A stretch of DNA of 64,000 nt, taken from the NCBI RefSeq assembly GCF_009914755.1, contig NC_060935.1. One strand, given 5' to 3'. Of this stretch, positions 27,918-40,709 are shown piece by piece. Position 1 is the first letter of the stretch. Every line of letters starts with the position of its first letter. The notes beneath the pieces were generated by a model that was not told where the DNA came from, searched no databases, and worked only from the letters and a program-made list of their open reading frames with translations. The translations under genes and the position numbers were made by a program. This DNA is from the human T2T-CHM13v2.0 reference genome, Homo sapiens.

Positions 27918-28710
27918 TTTTCTTTTATTTTATTTTATTATTATTATACTTTAAGTTTTAGGGTACATGGGCACAATGTGCAGGTTAGTTACATAGATAT
28001 ACATGTGCCATGCTGGTGCGCTGCACCCATTAACTCGTCATTTAGCATTAGGTATATCTCCTAATGCTATCCCTCCCCCCTCCCCCCACCCCACAACAGG
28101 CCCCAGAGTGTGATGTTCCCCTTCCTTTGTCCATGTGTTCTCATTGTTCAATTCCCACCTACGAGTGAGAACATGTGGTGTTTGGTTTTTCGTCCTTGCG
28201 ATAGTTTACTGAGAATGATGATTTCCAGTTTCATCCATGTCCCTACAAAGCACATGAATTCATCATTTTTTATGGCTGCATAGTATTCCATGGTGTATAT
28301 GTGCCACATTTTCTTAATCCAGTCTAGCATTGTTGGACATTTGGGTTGGTTCCAAGTCTCTGCTATTGTGAATAGTGCCACAGTAAACACACGTGTGCAT
28401 GTGTCTTTATAGCAGCATGATTTATAGTCCTTTGGGTATATACCCAGTAATGGGATGGCTGGATCAAATGATATTTCTAGTTCTAGATCCCTGAGGAATC
28501 ACCACACTGACTTCCATAATGGTTGAACTAGTTTACAGTCCCACCAGCAGTGTAAAAGTGTTCCTATTTCTCCACATCCTCTCCAGCACCTGTTGTTTCC
28601 TGACTTTTTAATGATTGCCATTCTAACTGGTGTGAGATGGTATCTCATTGTGGTTTTGATTTGCATTTCTCTGATGGCCAGTGATAGTGAGCACTTTTTC
28701 ATGTGTTTTT
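27918..28710 (-). mobile_element. 5'-truncated L1PA3-like element
   Basis: Minus ORFs 28499-28702 and 28148-28390 are ORF2p C-terminus; 3'UTR cctaatgctaaatgacgagttaatgggtgcagcgcaccagc; no recognisable TSD. Confidence 0.94.
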
Positions 28711-31335
28711 ATTAAGAACCAATCTCTCTTTGATTCAGTAGATCTCAGTATACTTGAATTTATTTTCTTCCTTAAGTTTCTCAGACCATTGTATTTTTAG
28801 CCCATTAGATTTCTCCTCTTCCTTATCCTTCATTGTAAATAGCCTTAAAAGCTCAGTCATAGTGTTAAGCATTCTCAGAGAAATCATGACTTCTCTGGAA
28901 TTTTACAATCAAGAGTCAGGCATCCTTGTTACTTTTTAATTACTGCTATTCTATCATCTATTGGCTTTAATTGTTAATATTTTATCTATCTCTTACTCCA
29001 TACTACAAGTTTTTGAGGATAGGGTCTTTTGTATTTCAGCTCTATATATCCTGTATAAATATTCATGAAATTGTTGAGTAGAATAATAAGTGAATAAATG
29101 ATTGAATCAATGGACGAGTGAATTAAATCTCTAAAATTTACTTTTAGTGTGATATCTCCCCTTAGTCCACCTGATAAACCCTCATCACCAAAATATTCTT
29201 CACCATCAATCCCACAGTCTTTTTGTTTATTCTTGCCAAATCACAGCCCTGCTGGTGCTCTGTGCTTTCTTAGCATTTTTTAACCATATCTCTAGTGTGT
29301 TGTAATTGTTTATGAACATGTCACCCACATACATTATGAGCTACCACCTAGTAGGTCCTCTATAAATCTAAGCTGAAAGAGCCTGAAATCATACTCCTCC
29401 CTCACCTTCACATTGCCTTTGGAGGGATTGAAAATAATTCCAAAGAGATCTTGTGTTCTTGTTATCACTACCACTCCCTACACCTTTGACAGGAATAGAG
29501 AAGAACCACCCTCCTGGTCCTGAAAGATCACAGTCCCTCACTCTCACTGCCTCTGCCCCTGCTCTCCACTGCTCCACATGCTTGCTCCTAGGAAATCTCA
29601 CCAAGTCTTTAGGAGGCACATCACACTGTCCTGTGATGATGGGTTCCACCATTTGTATCTCCAGCCACAGTCTCTTCTGAAAATTCCAATTATATCCAAC
29701 TGTCAGCATATTTGCACTAGAATGCAAACATGCACCTGAAAGTTAACTAATAGTATCACCAGAGTGAGAATGGCTCCTCATTTTTTTAGGTGAAAGCTGT
29801 GAATGCGAAGGTCTCCTGAGTTAGGTGAGTAACACAGTTGCATGAAGCAGCATTCAGGAAAAGATAAAAGAAAGTTTTAAGACTGTGGCACAATGGAGAG
29901 CATGTAACCCATTTAAAGGGGAATCAACCACCCAACTCCAGTTGATTGTTGCCGTTGGAGAATGTGGTCCCAAGATGCCACATCTTCTAATTTTCAGGAG
30001 ATGCAAAAACAAAAGTCTTGGTTTTTTAAACAATAGTTGCTTATTAAAAACAAGCCAAAAACAAAACACTTAAAACAGGCCAAAGAGAAAGTAGAGGATG
30101 AGAGAGATAATAGAAAATTTTAAAAAAAGGAAAATACGTCTATAGAGCTACAGACTCTGAATAAAACTAGCATGCAATCTCAAGCCTATAGAAAAAATTA
30201 GCATGAACATACTAAATTTTCATAAACCCTTCTAGCTGTGTGTATTTGAGAGTAGTCTGACAGGAGAGAAGGTTTAATCATAGTAATCATAAAGTTGGTT
30301 AGTTCCCTGAATCAGATTCAGCTAACACTTATTGAGAGTTGATATATGCCATGTAACATGCTAAACTCTTTTATTAATGTTTTAAATTTTTCATCAAAGT
30401 AATACACGCACATAATTAAAAAGTCAAACTGCTTTATAAGACTTATTATGGCAAATGGCGGTACTCTGAATTCCCCTTCCTCACAATTCATATTCCACCC
30501 AGGCAAACACACTACACTTTTACCTCCACATCTCCAAATTAGATTAGTATCCTGCTATTTATTGACTGTTAGTTTCTGGCATTATATATTTAATTCCAAC
30601 TATTGAAGATTGGGCTATAGTTTTTACATATATTCTTTCTACCTCTAAATATAGAAACACACAATTTCCATTGCCCCATCCTCCCAGTATAATTTTATTT
30701 TAAGTATTATTAATTCAGTATTCAGAGTTTACATTATTTTGGCTGTCTGAAATCTGTTTACTGCTTTGCCATGAATTCTATTATAATTACTTTATTTCTG
30801 TTTTTACCAAATTGTTTTTGCCTGAAGTTAATATAGTTAATGTCTTTCTAGTTATTTAGTTTTCTAAGAACTTCTTTTAAAATTCAGTTTCAAATTCTTG
30901 CCTAGTTGATTACAGTTTGTCTCAACATACATCTGTTTCAGTGTTTTGAGAACATCTCTCCAAAAGACCTTGCACCTGCTCCAAACATACTTGTTGTTCC
31001 TATATTTACTGGACAGCTGTCATTCTGTAATGTGTCATCATTTTTTTACTAGAATCTCCCTCCTTTCCCATTCCCCTTCTCCCTATCCTTTTCCTTTCCT
31101 TCCTTTGAATTGGGTCATGGAATTTCAGAATCCCATCTCCTCTTTCTTGAGTTACTCCTTGTTTTGGTGGAATACCTCCTTTAGGAGTTTCCTGAAAATG
31201 GGTGTTTAAAGGGTTTTGACTACTAGTGTGTAAGAAATATTAAAATATCCTTATTTTACCCACATTGCCAGGTACATTTGACTGTGTATAGAATTCTAAG
31301 TTAGTAATCATTTTCCTTCAGAATTTTGAAGATAT

Positions 31336-32057
31336 CAAAACCACCTTTGCAAAAATTATAACAAAATTATGATGGTGAAGAGATCTGACTGAGTCCATCT
31401 TGCTTCTAACTTCCAAACTGTCCTTGTTCATTCCTTGGTGCAGGCCAAACTAACTTTGGGAAAAACTTAGCTTATATTTTGACTTTGAAACAAAGACAAT
31501 AACAGCCCTTTCCCAAAACAAACCCCCTTCCTGCCTAGAGACTAGACTGCCTTTGCTGACCAACAAATTAGCCACAAGATTAGAAAATTTGTTTAAGAGT
31601 CATGCAGCTGGAGGCTGCAAGATTCTGAATCTTCTCAAATTGCTCCTGAGGATAACATTACTATTGTAAAACCTGGGATCAGTGCTTGAGAGATTTCAAG
31701 CAGACCGTGCATTCTGATGCACCAGCTGACATCACCTAGATCCATAAACTGGCTCCAATGGTCTTGTGGCCTCCACCCAAGAGCTCACTCAGCATAAGAA
31801 GACAGCTTTGACTCCCTATGATTTCATCTTCCACTTAACCCATCAGCACTCTCCAGTTTCCAACCCCCTATGCACCAAATTATTCTTAAAAACTCCCATC
31901 CCTGAATTTTTGGGAAGAATGATTTGAGTGATAGTAAAACTCCTGGTCTCCCGTACAGAGAGCTTTGTGTGAATTAAACTCTTTTCTGCAATTCCCCTGT
32001 CTTGATAAATTGACTCTGTCTAGGCCACAGGCAAGGAGAACCCGACAGGTAGTTACA
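31336..32057 (+). mobile_element. LTR8A (ERV1) solo LTR
   Basis: aaaccacctttgcaaaa...gtccatcttgcttctaac...tgtccttgttcattcc ... ggcaaggagaacccgacaggtagttaca; ~720 bp. Confidence 0.85.
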
Positions 32058-32508
32058 ACACCGTCTTATTCTCTTCTGGTTCCAGTGTTGCTATTGAGAA
32101 ATCCATGCAAAACCCTTTGGATTTCTGAACTTTATGTTACCTATTTTTTTTGTTCCTTTTTGGAATATTTTAGAATTCTCTTTCTCAGTATTATAAAATA
32201 TTATAACAGTATACATTGATATAGGTCAATTTCATCCACTATGCTGCTGCAGAAACAGAATTTTAATCTGAAAAAGCATGTCCTTCAATTTTGAATGTCG
32301 TCTTTGAATTATCTTAGATAACTTCTTTTCTTTCTGATTCCATTTCTGGGCATAGTTTTAATTTGGTTTTGGACCTCCTAGACAAAGCTTATCTTTTCCT
32401 TTCTCGTTTGTATTTTTCTGCTCCTCTCTATGAAATTGCCTTCCACTGAACTGTTTATGTTTTTTGATTTCTGAAGGCTCTTGTTTGTTCCTAGTTGTTG
32501 CTTTTCTT

Positions 32509-32670
32509 CAGCACTTCCCACAGAACTTTCTTCTGCAATGCAAATGTTCTACAATATGTTCTACTCAGTAGGTAGCCGTTGCTACAAAATGTTTAATTTT
32601 ATTTAATTTTACTTAATTTATATTTAAATAGTCATTTGCGGCTAGTGGCTACTACATTAGAGTAATGTAT
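32509..32670. mobile_element. MER3 (hAT-Charlie) fragment
   Basis: cagcacttcccacagaactttc...tgcaaatgttcta ... tttaattttatttaatttt...aaatagtcatttgcggctagtggctact. Confidence 0.75.
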
Positions 32671-34499
32671 GTTGTGTCTTCCATACATGAGAAATATTGA
32701 TACTTTATACTGAATTTCTTATTTTCTTGCATAGTCTCTGTTCCTCAATTTGCATGTTCTTGTTCATTTTGGTCTTTCATATAAAAAAAGGTTTTCATAT
32801 GTTTGGTGACTCTCGGCTGTCTGTTTGTGCATAAGCATAGAGCATTAAGATGATTGCCAGTTCTGTGTAAATAAAATTTTTCATCATCAGATGCATGCAG
32901 TGTAATCTGGCTGAGTCTTTGGGAAGTATTCTGAAAGTCAGTATCTTTAGGTGTTTCTCTTTACCTAGTACATTTCACCTGAGAAAAAAATTCCAAAGTG
33001 TGCCTAGACATATAAGCTGGCTGTCTGAATTCTGAAAATCAGTTAGGGAAGGAAAGCTGGGTTTCAGCTCTATTTCATGATGCAAATTTTCAGTTAATTA
33101 TTTTTACTACACACCATCACCCTCAGTTGTGCTGGGTGTCCCCAAGTGTAGACATATTTTGTTTCACCTGATTTGAAGAAATCATCTAAACTTCTGATTT
33201 GATGGGGAGGAAGAGAGAGATACAGTGAGTCTCAGGCACATGGGCTGGAGGAGAGGATAAGGAGATCTAGCCTTAGATTTTCTTAAAGACACTTTCCACC
33301 AATCCCATCCTCACCTACCTCACGCCAGTTTCAGAGGTCTCTCATGCTGAGAATTCTTGAGAGATTTGAGATCTCTGGCACAAACCTGCTTTTCAGTTTC
33401 CTCACTGATGGCTTTGGATCCCATTTTTCTCAGCTAAATCAATGACTACTCAGCTTCTATTCTCAGCTTCCTGTTTTTTTCTTTTTCCTGTGTTCTGTTA
33501 TCTTTCTCCTTGCAAGTTTATGCTATATTTTAGTTTTAATGCCTCTTATTGGTCATTTCAGTTGTCCTTCAGAAGTAAAAACAATATTTTTTTTTAATAT
33601 ACTGCCTTTAACTAGGACATTCTAGACTCACTGAATACATTATTCCAGGCAGTTCTTTCAGCAAACTTTGGATTACTATACAATCCCTATTAAATAAAGT
33701 GGAGGCTCAAAAATGTATGCAATTTCTAGAAAGTCACATAGATTACTAGATCTAGCTCTCATTCATCTGCATCATGGTCTCTGCCCACTATTCTGGCAGA
33801 TAAAGTCACTCAATAGAGTAAAAATGCCAGATAGTCTCCAACGCTGACATGTCCATTTGGAAATACGCATTTCAAAAAATGCTGTGATCAGGATGCTGCC
33901 AAAATTAGCAATGCAGTTACTAGACCCTGAAGGTGATTCCATGAGGATGGAGAGTCCTTATTGCAGTGTACTAGATGTGCCATTGAGCTCTTGCATGGGC
34001 CCTTTACCCTTCACCTAGAGCAGTGGAACATCGAGCCCAAGAGGGTTCTTTATTTGTTGTTACTATTACTTGTTTGACTCTGATAAATAGGCCTATGATT
34101 TTGTTCTCTTACCCCACTTTGCTGACAGTCTTGTGGAAGGAAGTGAAACACTGTGAGTGACATGTTTATTTATGTACCTCATCTGGGACGACACCGTGAC
34201 AAACAGCAGGGATGTATTTTTTCAAGCATACTTTCTGTGTCGCTTGTCAGCTCCTTATAATGAGGGGGTTGAGTTTACTGCATTTTTAGTTACATCTGAG
34301 CACCTAATAATCCTACAGCACATTAACTATAATTTGTGAATTACATCCTTCTTCTGCGAGTGCATCACTTTTTATCTCTTAGTAAAACGATTCATGTGAA
34401 TCTATCTACATCACAAGGTTTCTGAGATTTTACTACCAGCCAGATGAATATATTCATCATCATTTGGCTTTTTGAATCTTCTCTGGAAATATCTTACCA

Positions 34500-34950
34500 T
34501 TTCTTTTACCCCTTTTTATCTCAACACTTTGGCCCTCTGGGATAGCCCCTGTGACTTCTCAAAATCATGGCGGCTTGGCTGTCACCTCAAGTTCTGTGTG
34601 TCTAATGCTTAGCTCATTATCTGTACCCCGCTTGACCCCAGCTTAAACCTGTTTCTCCTGGGACCGCTTCCTCAGTTAGCAGGACCTCTTCCCTTCCTGT
34701 TACCTCAAATAGGAATCTTTGTGTTGTCTTTAGCTCTACCTCTCTAACATCTTTCCCCAGTGACTCACTGCTAAATCCTATCAATTCTACCTTGGAAATA
34801 TATCTCATCCTTGTCTCCTGCTCAGCCAAAGTAAAGGGCATTCGTGTTTTCGTCCTGGTTTATTACTAGGGTTCTCCTCACTGGTGTTTGTCCCTAGCTT
34901 CACTTTTGCCATGTTACCAACATGAAGAGCAGGTCATTACTGAAAAGTTA
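34500..34950 (+). mobile_element. L2 fragment
   Basis: cctgtttctcctgg...cctcagtta...cttcccttcctgttacctcaaataggaatctt...ctaaatcctatcaattctacct. Confidence 0.6.
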
Positions 34951-35114
34951 AAGAACATATAAAGAAAAAGATTTTAAAAAGTGAAAGTGTATTTTATCTA
35001 TATATCTATTACCAGAGATAATCATGGTTCTAATTTTGGTATAAATCTTTATAGATTTAAATATAAAGTATCAATACAGCATACGTTACCTGTGATATAT
35101 ATGTCTTATGTATT

Positions 35115-35534
35115 GCTTCAGTCAGTTTGGTCTACTATATCAAATTATCATAGGCTGGGCAACTTAAACATTTATGTCTCACAGTTGTGGAGACTGGGAA
35201 GTCTAAGATTAACGTGCTGGAAGATGTGGTGTGTGGTGTGGACACCTCATTCACATTTGCGGTTGGCCATCTATGTGTTATATTCTCATAAGGGTAGAAA
35301 GAAGAGAGAGAGAGAGGTGAGGAAGTGGTCATTATAGAGAGAGAAAAGGAGTGGGAGGAGAGAAAGAGTGCAAGTCCTCATGTCTCATCTTATAAGGGCA
35401 CTAATTCCAAGTATTCCAACTTCATGACCTAATTTCCTACCAAAGACCTCACTTCTTAATACCAACACATTGGAGATTAGAATTTTAACATATGAGTTTG
35501 GAAGGGTGGTCACAAACATTCAGTCCACAAAACA
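35115..35534 (-). mobile_element. MLT1A0-like MaLR solo LTR
   Basis: cataggctgggcaacttaaaca...ctcacagttgtggagactgggaagtctaagat...cttataagggcactaatt...cacaaacattcagtccac. Confidence 0.8.
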
Positions 35535-36465
35535 TATCATATATTACTGAGACTATGATAAACTGTTTATACTTTGAATTAACTGAATTTGAATTATTGT
35601 TCAAACAATAATTCAAAATTATTTCCAAAATTAATGCGTTTTGCTACTTTCTCACTTAGAAACCAAAAATGATGCCTGACTAACAAGAATAAATTTGAAA
35701 CTCAGCAAGTAATGAGATCCTGCAAAATTGGCTTGACTTGCTTCTCTGGTCTCATTCTCTACCACATTTATTTAATTCCATGGGTCTATTTGCTGTTCCT
35801 TTGAGCAAGCCAGCTGCTCAGGGGCCTTGACATCTTTGAAAGTTTTGGCTCCTGCTGGCTCTGATGGGCCTCCAGAGTCCCTGATCTAGTATCTGCCACC
35901 TGAAATTTCACCCATCAAAATTTTGCTTGGGCTGTAAGTAGCCACTCTAAGTCCATTATTTATTTGTTTATTTATTTTTTAAAAGCTCCACCAATTTTTC
36001 TCTCAGAACAAACTTTATTTCCTTGAGTTTCCACAGATCTTTTGAGCATGTATTCATTATTTATGCATTTCCTTTAGAATGAGCTACAAGCTTTAGAGTC
36101 ATAAAGACGAAGTCTCAACACTTGATTCTGTATCCTACCAGTTGTGTTATCCCAAAGGACTTAATCTCTTAGGTTTCTCATAGGAATCTTATAGTACTTA
36201 ATCTCTTTATGTCTAAAAAGAAAAGACCCTTTTTAGTACCATTATATAGATGAGGGAAGAGAAAAATAAAAGTTTTCGTAATGTCACTCAACACATTAGA
36301 GGTAGAATTAGCAATCTTCGTCTGTTTGACATCAAAGCCTATATTCCTAATGGACAATGTTATACCAGTTGTTTGGTTTTTCTCTCTTAAGAGAAACTGG
36401 TGTAGATGCCCAATTCAGATGTGCTCATGGATGTCACTTCTCATTCTAACAGACTTTCAAGTGAT

Positions 36466-38710
36466 CGTGAACACTGTTGTGGCTGCCATAACAAATTAGC
36501 ACAAACTGGATGGTTTAAAACAATAAAAATGTATTATTTCATAGTTCTGGAAGATATAAGTAAAAATAAAGGTGTCATAAAAGCCATGCTTCCTCTGAAG
36601 ACTCCAGGGAGGTGCCTTTCCTTGCCTCTTCCTAGCTTCTTTTGGTAGCTGGCATTCCTTCACATGCTCTTTCAATCCTGTCTCTGTCATCACATTACTG
36701 TCTTCCCTGTGTGTCTCTGTGACTTATGAGGAAAAGAGTCATTGGATTTAGGGGATACCCTAATCTACAGTATCTCATCTTAACTTGACTGAACCTGCAA
36801 AGATCTTTTTTTCACATAAGGTTATATTCATGGGTACAAAGGGATAGGACTTGAACATATCTTTCTGGGAGACACAATTCAACCCAGTAAAACTTTCTCT
36901 CTGACTTCCAAAAAGTCACATCTTTCCTACGTACAAAATAAATTTCCCCCAGCCCAACATCTTCAAAAGTCTTAACTCATTCCAACATGAACTTTTAAGC
37001 CAAATCTTACCTAAATATCACAACTTGAAAAATTCCAAATCTCACTACTTACATCATCTCAGTCAGTTTTGGGTAAGACTCTGGGCATTATTCATTCTAG
37101 GGCAAAATTATTTTCCATTTCTGGATCTATAATACTAAGAAACAAGCTATCTTCTTCCAAATACAATGCTGGGGCAGGTGTAAGATAGACATTTTCACTC
37201 CAAATGAGGATAAAAGAAATTGAAGGAATAAAAGAGTCACTGGACTAAAGTTAATTCAAAACCCAGTAAATCCTATCAGATTTTAAAATGTGCAAATAAT
37301 CCTCTATTGCTGGGTGCCCTATCCTCTGAGCCCTCTCTGGGTAGCCCTATCTTCTTTGTCCATCTCCTAATTGTAGAATTTTGGAAGTCCAATAGCCTTC
37401 TTTCATTCTATCTCCTCTGTCCCCTCCAGTGAGGCTGGCTGTGTTCCTTTATATACATCATTCATTTTCAAAAGCCCTGTTAGTTCTCTGTGGATGTCAA
37501 GGGGCATCCATGTCATGAGACATGAGGGCTCTCCACAGGTCTTTCCTAGATAACCCCTTCTCTATTCCTGGCCTCTGCCAAGATGCTTGATTTATTCCGT
37601 AAGTCACACCTAATTTTGTCAGCAAAGGTTTGTCTAGTCACAGCCTTGAGCATGCTGTCTGAATAGGCTAAGGATTTTCTAAGACATCAGGCATTGGCTT
37701 ATTTTTCTTAGCAGTTTTTTCTCCAGAAAAAAAAAAAAAAAAAAACAGGACACACCTTCCCTATTTTCTGTGATCCAGAAAAACCAGGCCATACCTTCCA
37801 TATTTTGCTTAGAAATTTCCTCAGGTAAATATTGAAGTCATTACTTACAAATTTTACTTTCCATCTAACACTAACACACAATTCAGTTATGTTCCCTGTC
37901 ACTTTGTAGGAAGTGCCCCCTTTACTCCTGTGTCCAATAACGTGCTCCACATTTCCCTCTCAGACTTCACCAGAAGCACCCTTAGTGTTCAAATTTCTAA
38001 AGACATCCTGCTGTTTATAATGATATATGTATTCTCTAAAATGAGAAAAGCTTTACCTGCCATCCTCTTCCCTTCCTTCTGAGTCCTTACCAGAATCAAC
38101 TTTAACATCCCTATTATTACCAACAATCTCCTCCAGGCAATCTAAGCTTTTACTATAATTTGTCTCAAAACTCCACTAGCTACTACCCATTACATAACTC
38201 TACCATTACTTCCACATTTTTAGATTCTTGTTACAGCAGCGCTCTACTCCATGGTGCCAAAATCTGTATTAATTTCTTAGGATAACTATAACTAAGTACC
38301 CATAAACTGGGTGGCTTAAAACAATATAAATTTATTCTTTCATAGTTCTTGAGGCTAGAAGTCCAAAATGTACATGTTGGAAGAGACATAATTGCTCTGA
38401 AGACTCTCAGGAAAATCCTTCCTTGTCTCTTTCTAGTTTCTGGTGGTTGCTGTCAATCCTTGGCATTCCTTGGCTTGTTCGTTTCAATCTCTGTGTCTGT
38501 TGTCACATGATCTCTCTGTGTGTCTTCACATGGCCTTCTTATAAGGATACAAGTCATTGGTTTCAGGGCTCACTCTGATCTAGTAGGACCTCATATTAAC
38601 TTGATTATATATCTGCAAAGACACTACTCCAAATAAGGTCATATTCACAGGTACTGGAGGTTAGGACCTGAATAATTCAAATTTGGAGGAATATAATTCA
38701 GAGTAGAACA
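36466..38710 (-). mobile_element. Two-LTR MLT1C MaLR provirus (LTR ~36466-36890, internal ~36890-38264, LTR 38265-38710)
   Basis: Two homologous MLT1C LTRs (catagttct..., ccttgYctctt..., gtcattgg..., ctgcaaaga...taaggt...attca) flanking ~1.37 kb MLT1-int ending ttccacatttttagattcttgttacagcagc...tggtgccaaaatc. Confidence 0.85.
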
Positions 38711-39777
38711 CACACATCATTATGAAACCTCAGTACTTGAGAGAGACAAATTGAATAGTATGAGATATTTCAAAATTTATTTGAATTAAGACCAATAAGT
38801 TCTTTAACGTTTTTTTAAATAGAATTTTCAGCAAATTGAGTTTTTAAAAGATGATGAGTCATCTTGTTTTTGGAATAAGAGAAACTTACAGTGTGCAGGT
38901 ACTTTGTATTTTTCAGCAATGGTGAGAATTTTTTTAAAACTTTAAGTATCTCCATTTTTCTCATGAGGATGAATCCAGGGCCACCTGGAAAGATGTGGCC
39001 AGCCTCTCTCTCAGAGATGGAAATGAAGCTCTACAATAGAGATTTGCAGTTTCTGCTGCTGTTAATTTTCAAAAACAAAGGGCTAATGTTGACTATTTTT
39101 GAGCTTTAAGAACAATTATTTTCCAGCCATAAGAATAGAACTCAGACAGTCATTTTTTGTTCTCTAAAATCTGCATTAATTGGAAACTGAGACTTGTACT
39201 TGACACTAAGTAAAATAAAAAATCTTAATGTGATCACCAGTAGAATTTCAGAACTTGAAAATACCTTTTAGATTATCTAATAAAACAACTCTTGTTTTAT
39301 AGATAGACAACTTGTTGATATAAAGAGGGCAAATGACTTACTCAATGCCAAATAATGTATTCACATCAGTGTCTGTAAACATCGTAAGAATTTTTATAAT
39401 TAATGTGACGAACAGGAGAAGCACAAAAGCATATGTCTGTGGGTGTCAATGGGTACTTGCACACCTGTATTTTATATTGTGGATTATGTTTTTCTTGTGA
39501 TAGTAGATTAGTGAAAGGTGCTGTCATATACACATGTATATAAATTAATGTCTATATTGTTATTGATCCAACTGGCAAGATCAAGTTCCCAGGTAACACT
39601 TCTACTAGATAATAGAACAAATATTAGCATGCTGTGGTTGTTGTCAACTAATAGGCATTGGGTCACAGATAGATTTTCTTGTTTCTAGTTGTTCATAAAA
39701 ACATTCACTGACTATATCTGACATTATTTGTAATAGATGTGTGGACAAAGATCACCACGACAGAAATTGACAGTTAA

Positions 39778-39778
<1 letters not shown>

Positions 39779-39808
<30 letters not shown>
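39779..39808. repeat. (AC)n microsatellite
   Basis: About 15 AC units. Confidence 0.95.
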
Positions 39809-39810
<2 letters not shown>

Positions 39811-40129
39811 CAGTAATTGTTTAAATTTTTCAAAGCACACATACTGAAATTTTAATTATAATATATTTATATTAACAAAATATACTAGTGATAAATATAT
39901 ATTTTCTGTAAGGTTTATAATAGTTTTCTTCCACCACCTCCCCGCTCCCCACTTTAACAACAACAACAAAAATCTACCACTTGTTATATAGGTAGGTTTT
40001 AAAATTACCAGAGATGATTTTGTCTGATGATTTTATCTTGTATCTGATAACCTGGTTTTAAAATATTCACAATAAATGATCATTTATAAACACATGCACT
40101 AAGTTAATGTGTTGTATAATGTCACTTAC

Positions 40130-40345
40130 ATAGCAATTTGAATAATTCCTTGTCATACAGATATTCAACATTTGTAGCTGACTCCTTATCCATCGAATTC
40201 CACACAGTTTGAGTGAACATCTTAGCCTTGCTTCCCCCTGTTCCCACAGTCACCATTGAGAATGTACCATCCCTGACCCTGACCCCAGCTTGACCTGTGT
40301 TTTCCTGCTTCCCGGGCTTTATCTTTTTCACAGCATCTTTTCTGC
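40130..40345 (-). other. Candidate spliced exon (216 nt, phase 1-1, open frame); unverified
   Basis: Donor CTAT|GTAAGT at 40130/40129; weak acceptor ctgatag|G at 40346/40345; matches ORF 40122-40358; non-repeat island; peptide not recognised. Confidence 0.25.
40274..40296 (-). promoter_or_regulatory. Composite nuclear-receptor element AGGTCA-N5-GGGTCA-GGGTCA (DR5 + DR0)
   Basis: Plus strand TGACCC TGACCC cagct TGACCT: three perfect RGKTCA half-sites; function not shown. Confidence 0.4.
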
Positions 40346-40709
40346 CTATCAGAATCATAGGTATTTTTAAGGCAGAGAGAAAATGATAATTTTCTACAAA
40401 GACTTTTATGAAAATGTACCATTCTGTTTTTCTTCTACTAGATGATTCTATTTACACATGTATTGAACAATTATTTTATTCTGCATTAGTTACAAAGAAC
40501 TCACCATAGGACTTGTAAATCTTTATGGTACTGAGAATAGAGCTCAGCACATATTTATTTTCTTCCCTCTCTCCTCGACTTCTACCCAAGGGAGAGTTAC
40601 GATTTTGTTGGGTAATAAAAAAAGAAATTGGACCAGGGACAGGGGGGAAAGTGGAGTGGTAGGGTTGAATGCCCGTCATGTTCTAGGCATAGTACAAGGA
40701 AATGGGAAC

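Larger units (their letters stand above)
30385..33622 (-). mobile_element. HAL1 (half-L1), near full length, inserted in a MIR and carrying LTR8A and MER3
   Basis: Reverse 3' end aaagtaatacacgcacataattaaaaagtcaaa...tttacctccacatctccaaa; internal tatagaattctaagtt...ttccttcagaattttgaag; 5' end actgcctttaactaggac; MIR halves at ~30317-30385 and ~33630-33800. Confidence 0.75.

Noticed and set aside
38853-38863. Isolated AP-1 sites (also ~2094, ~24856, ~26969)
   Set aside because: 7-mers expected several times by chance in 64 kb.
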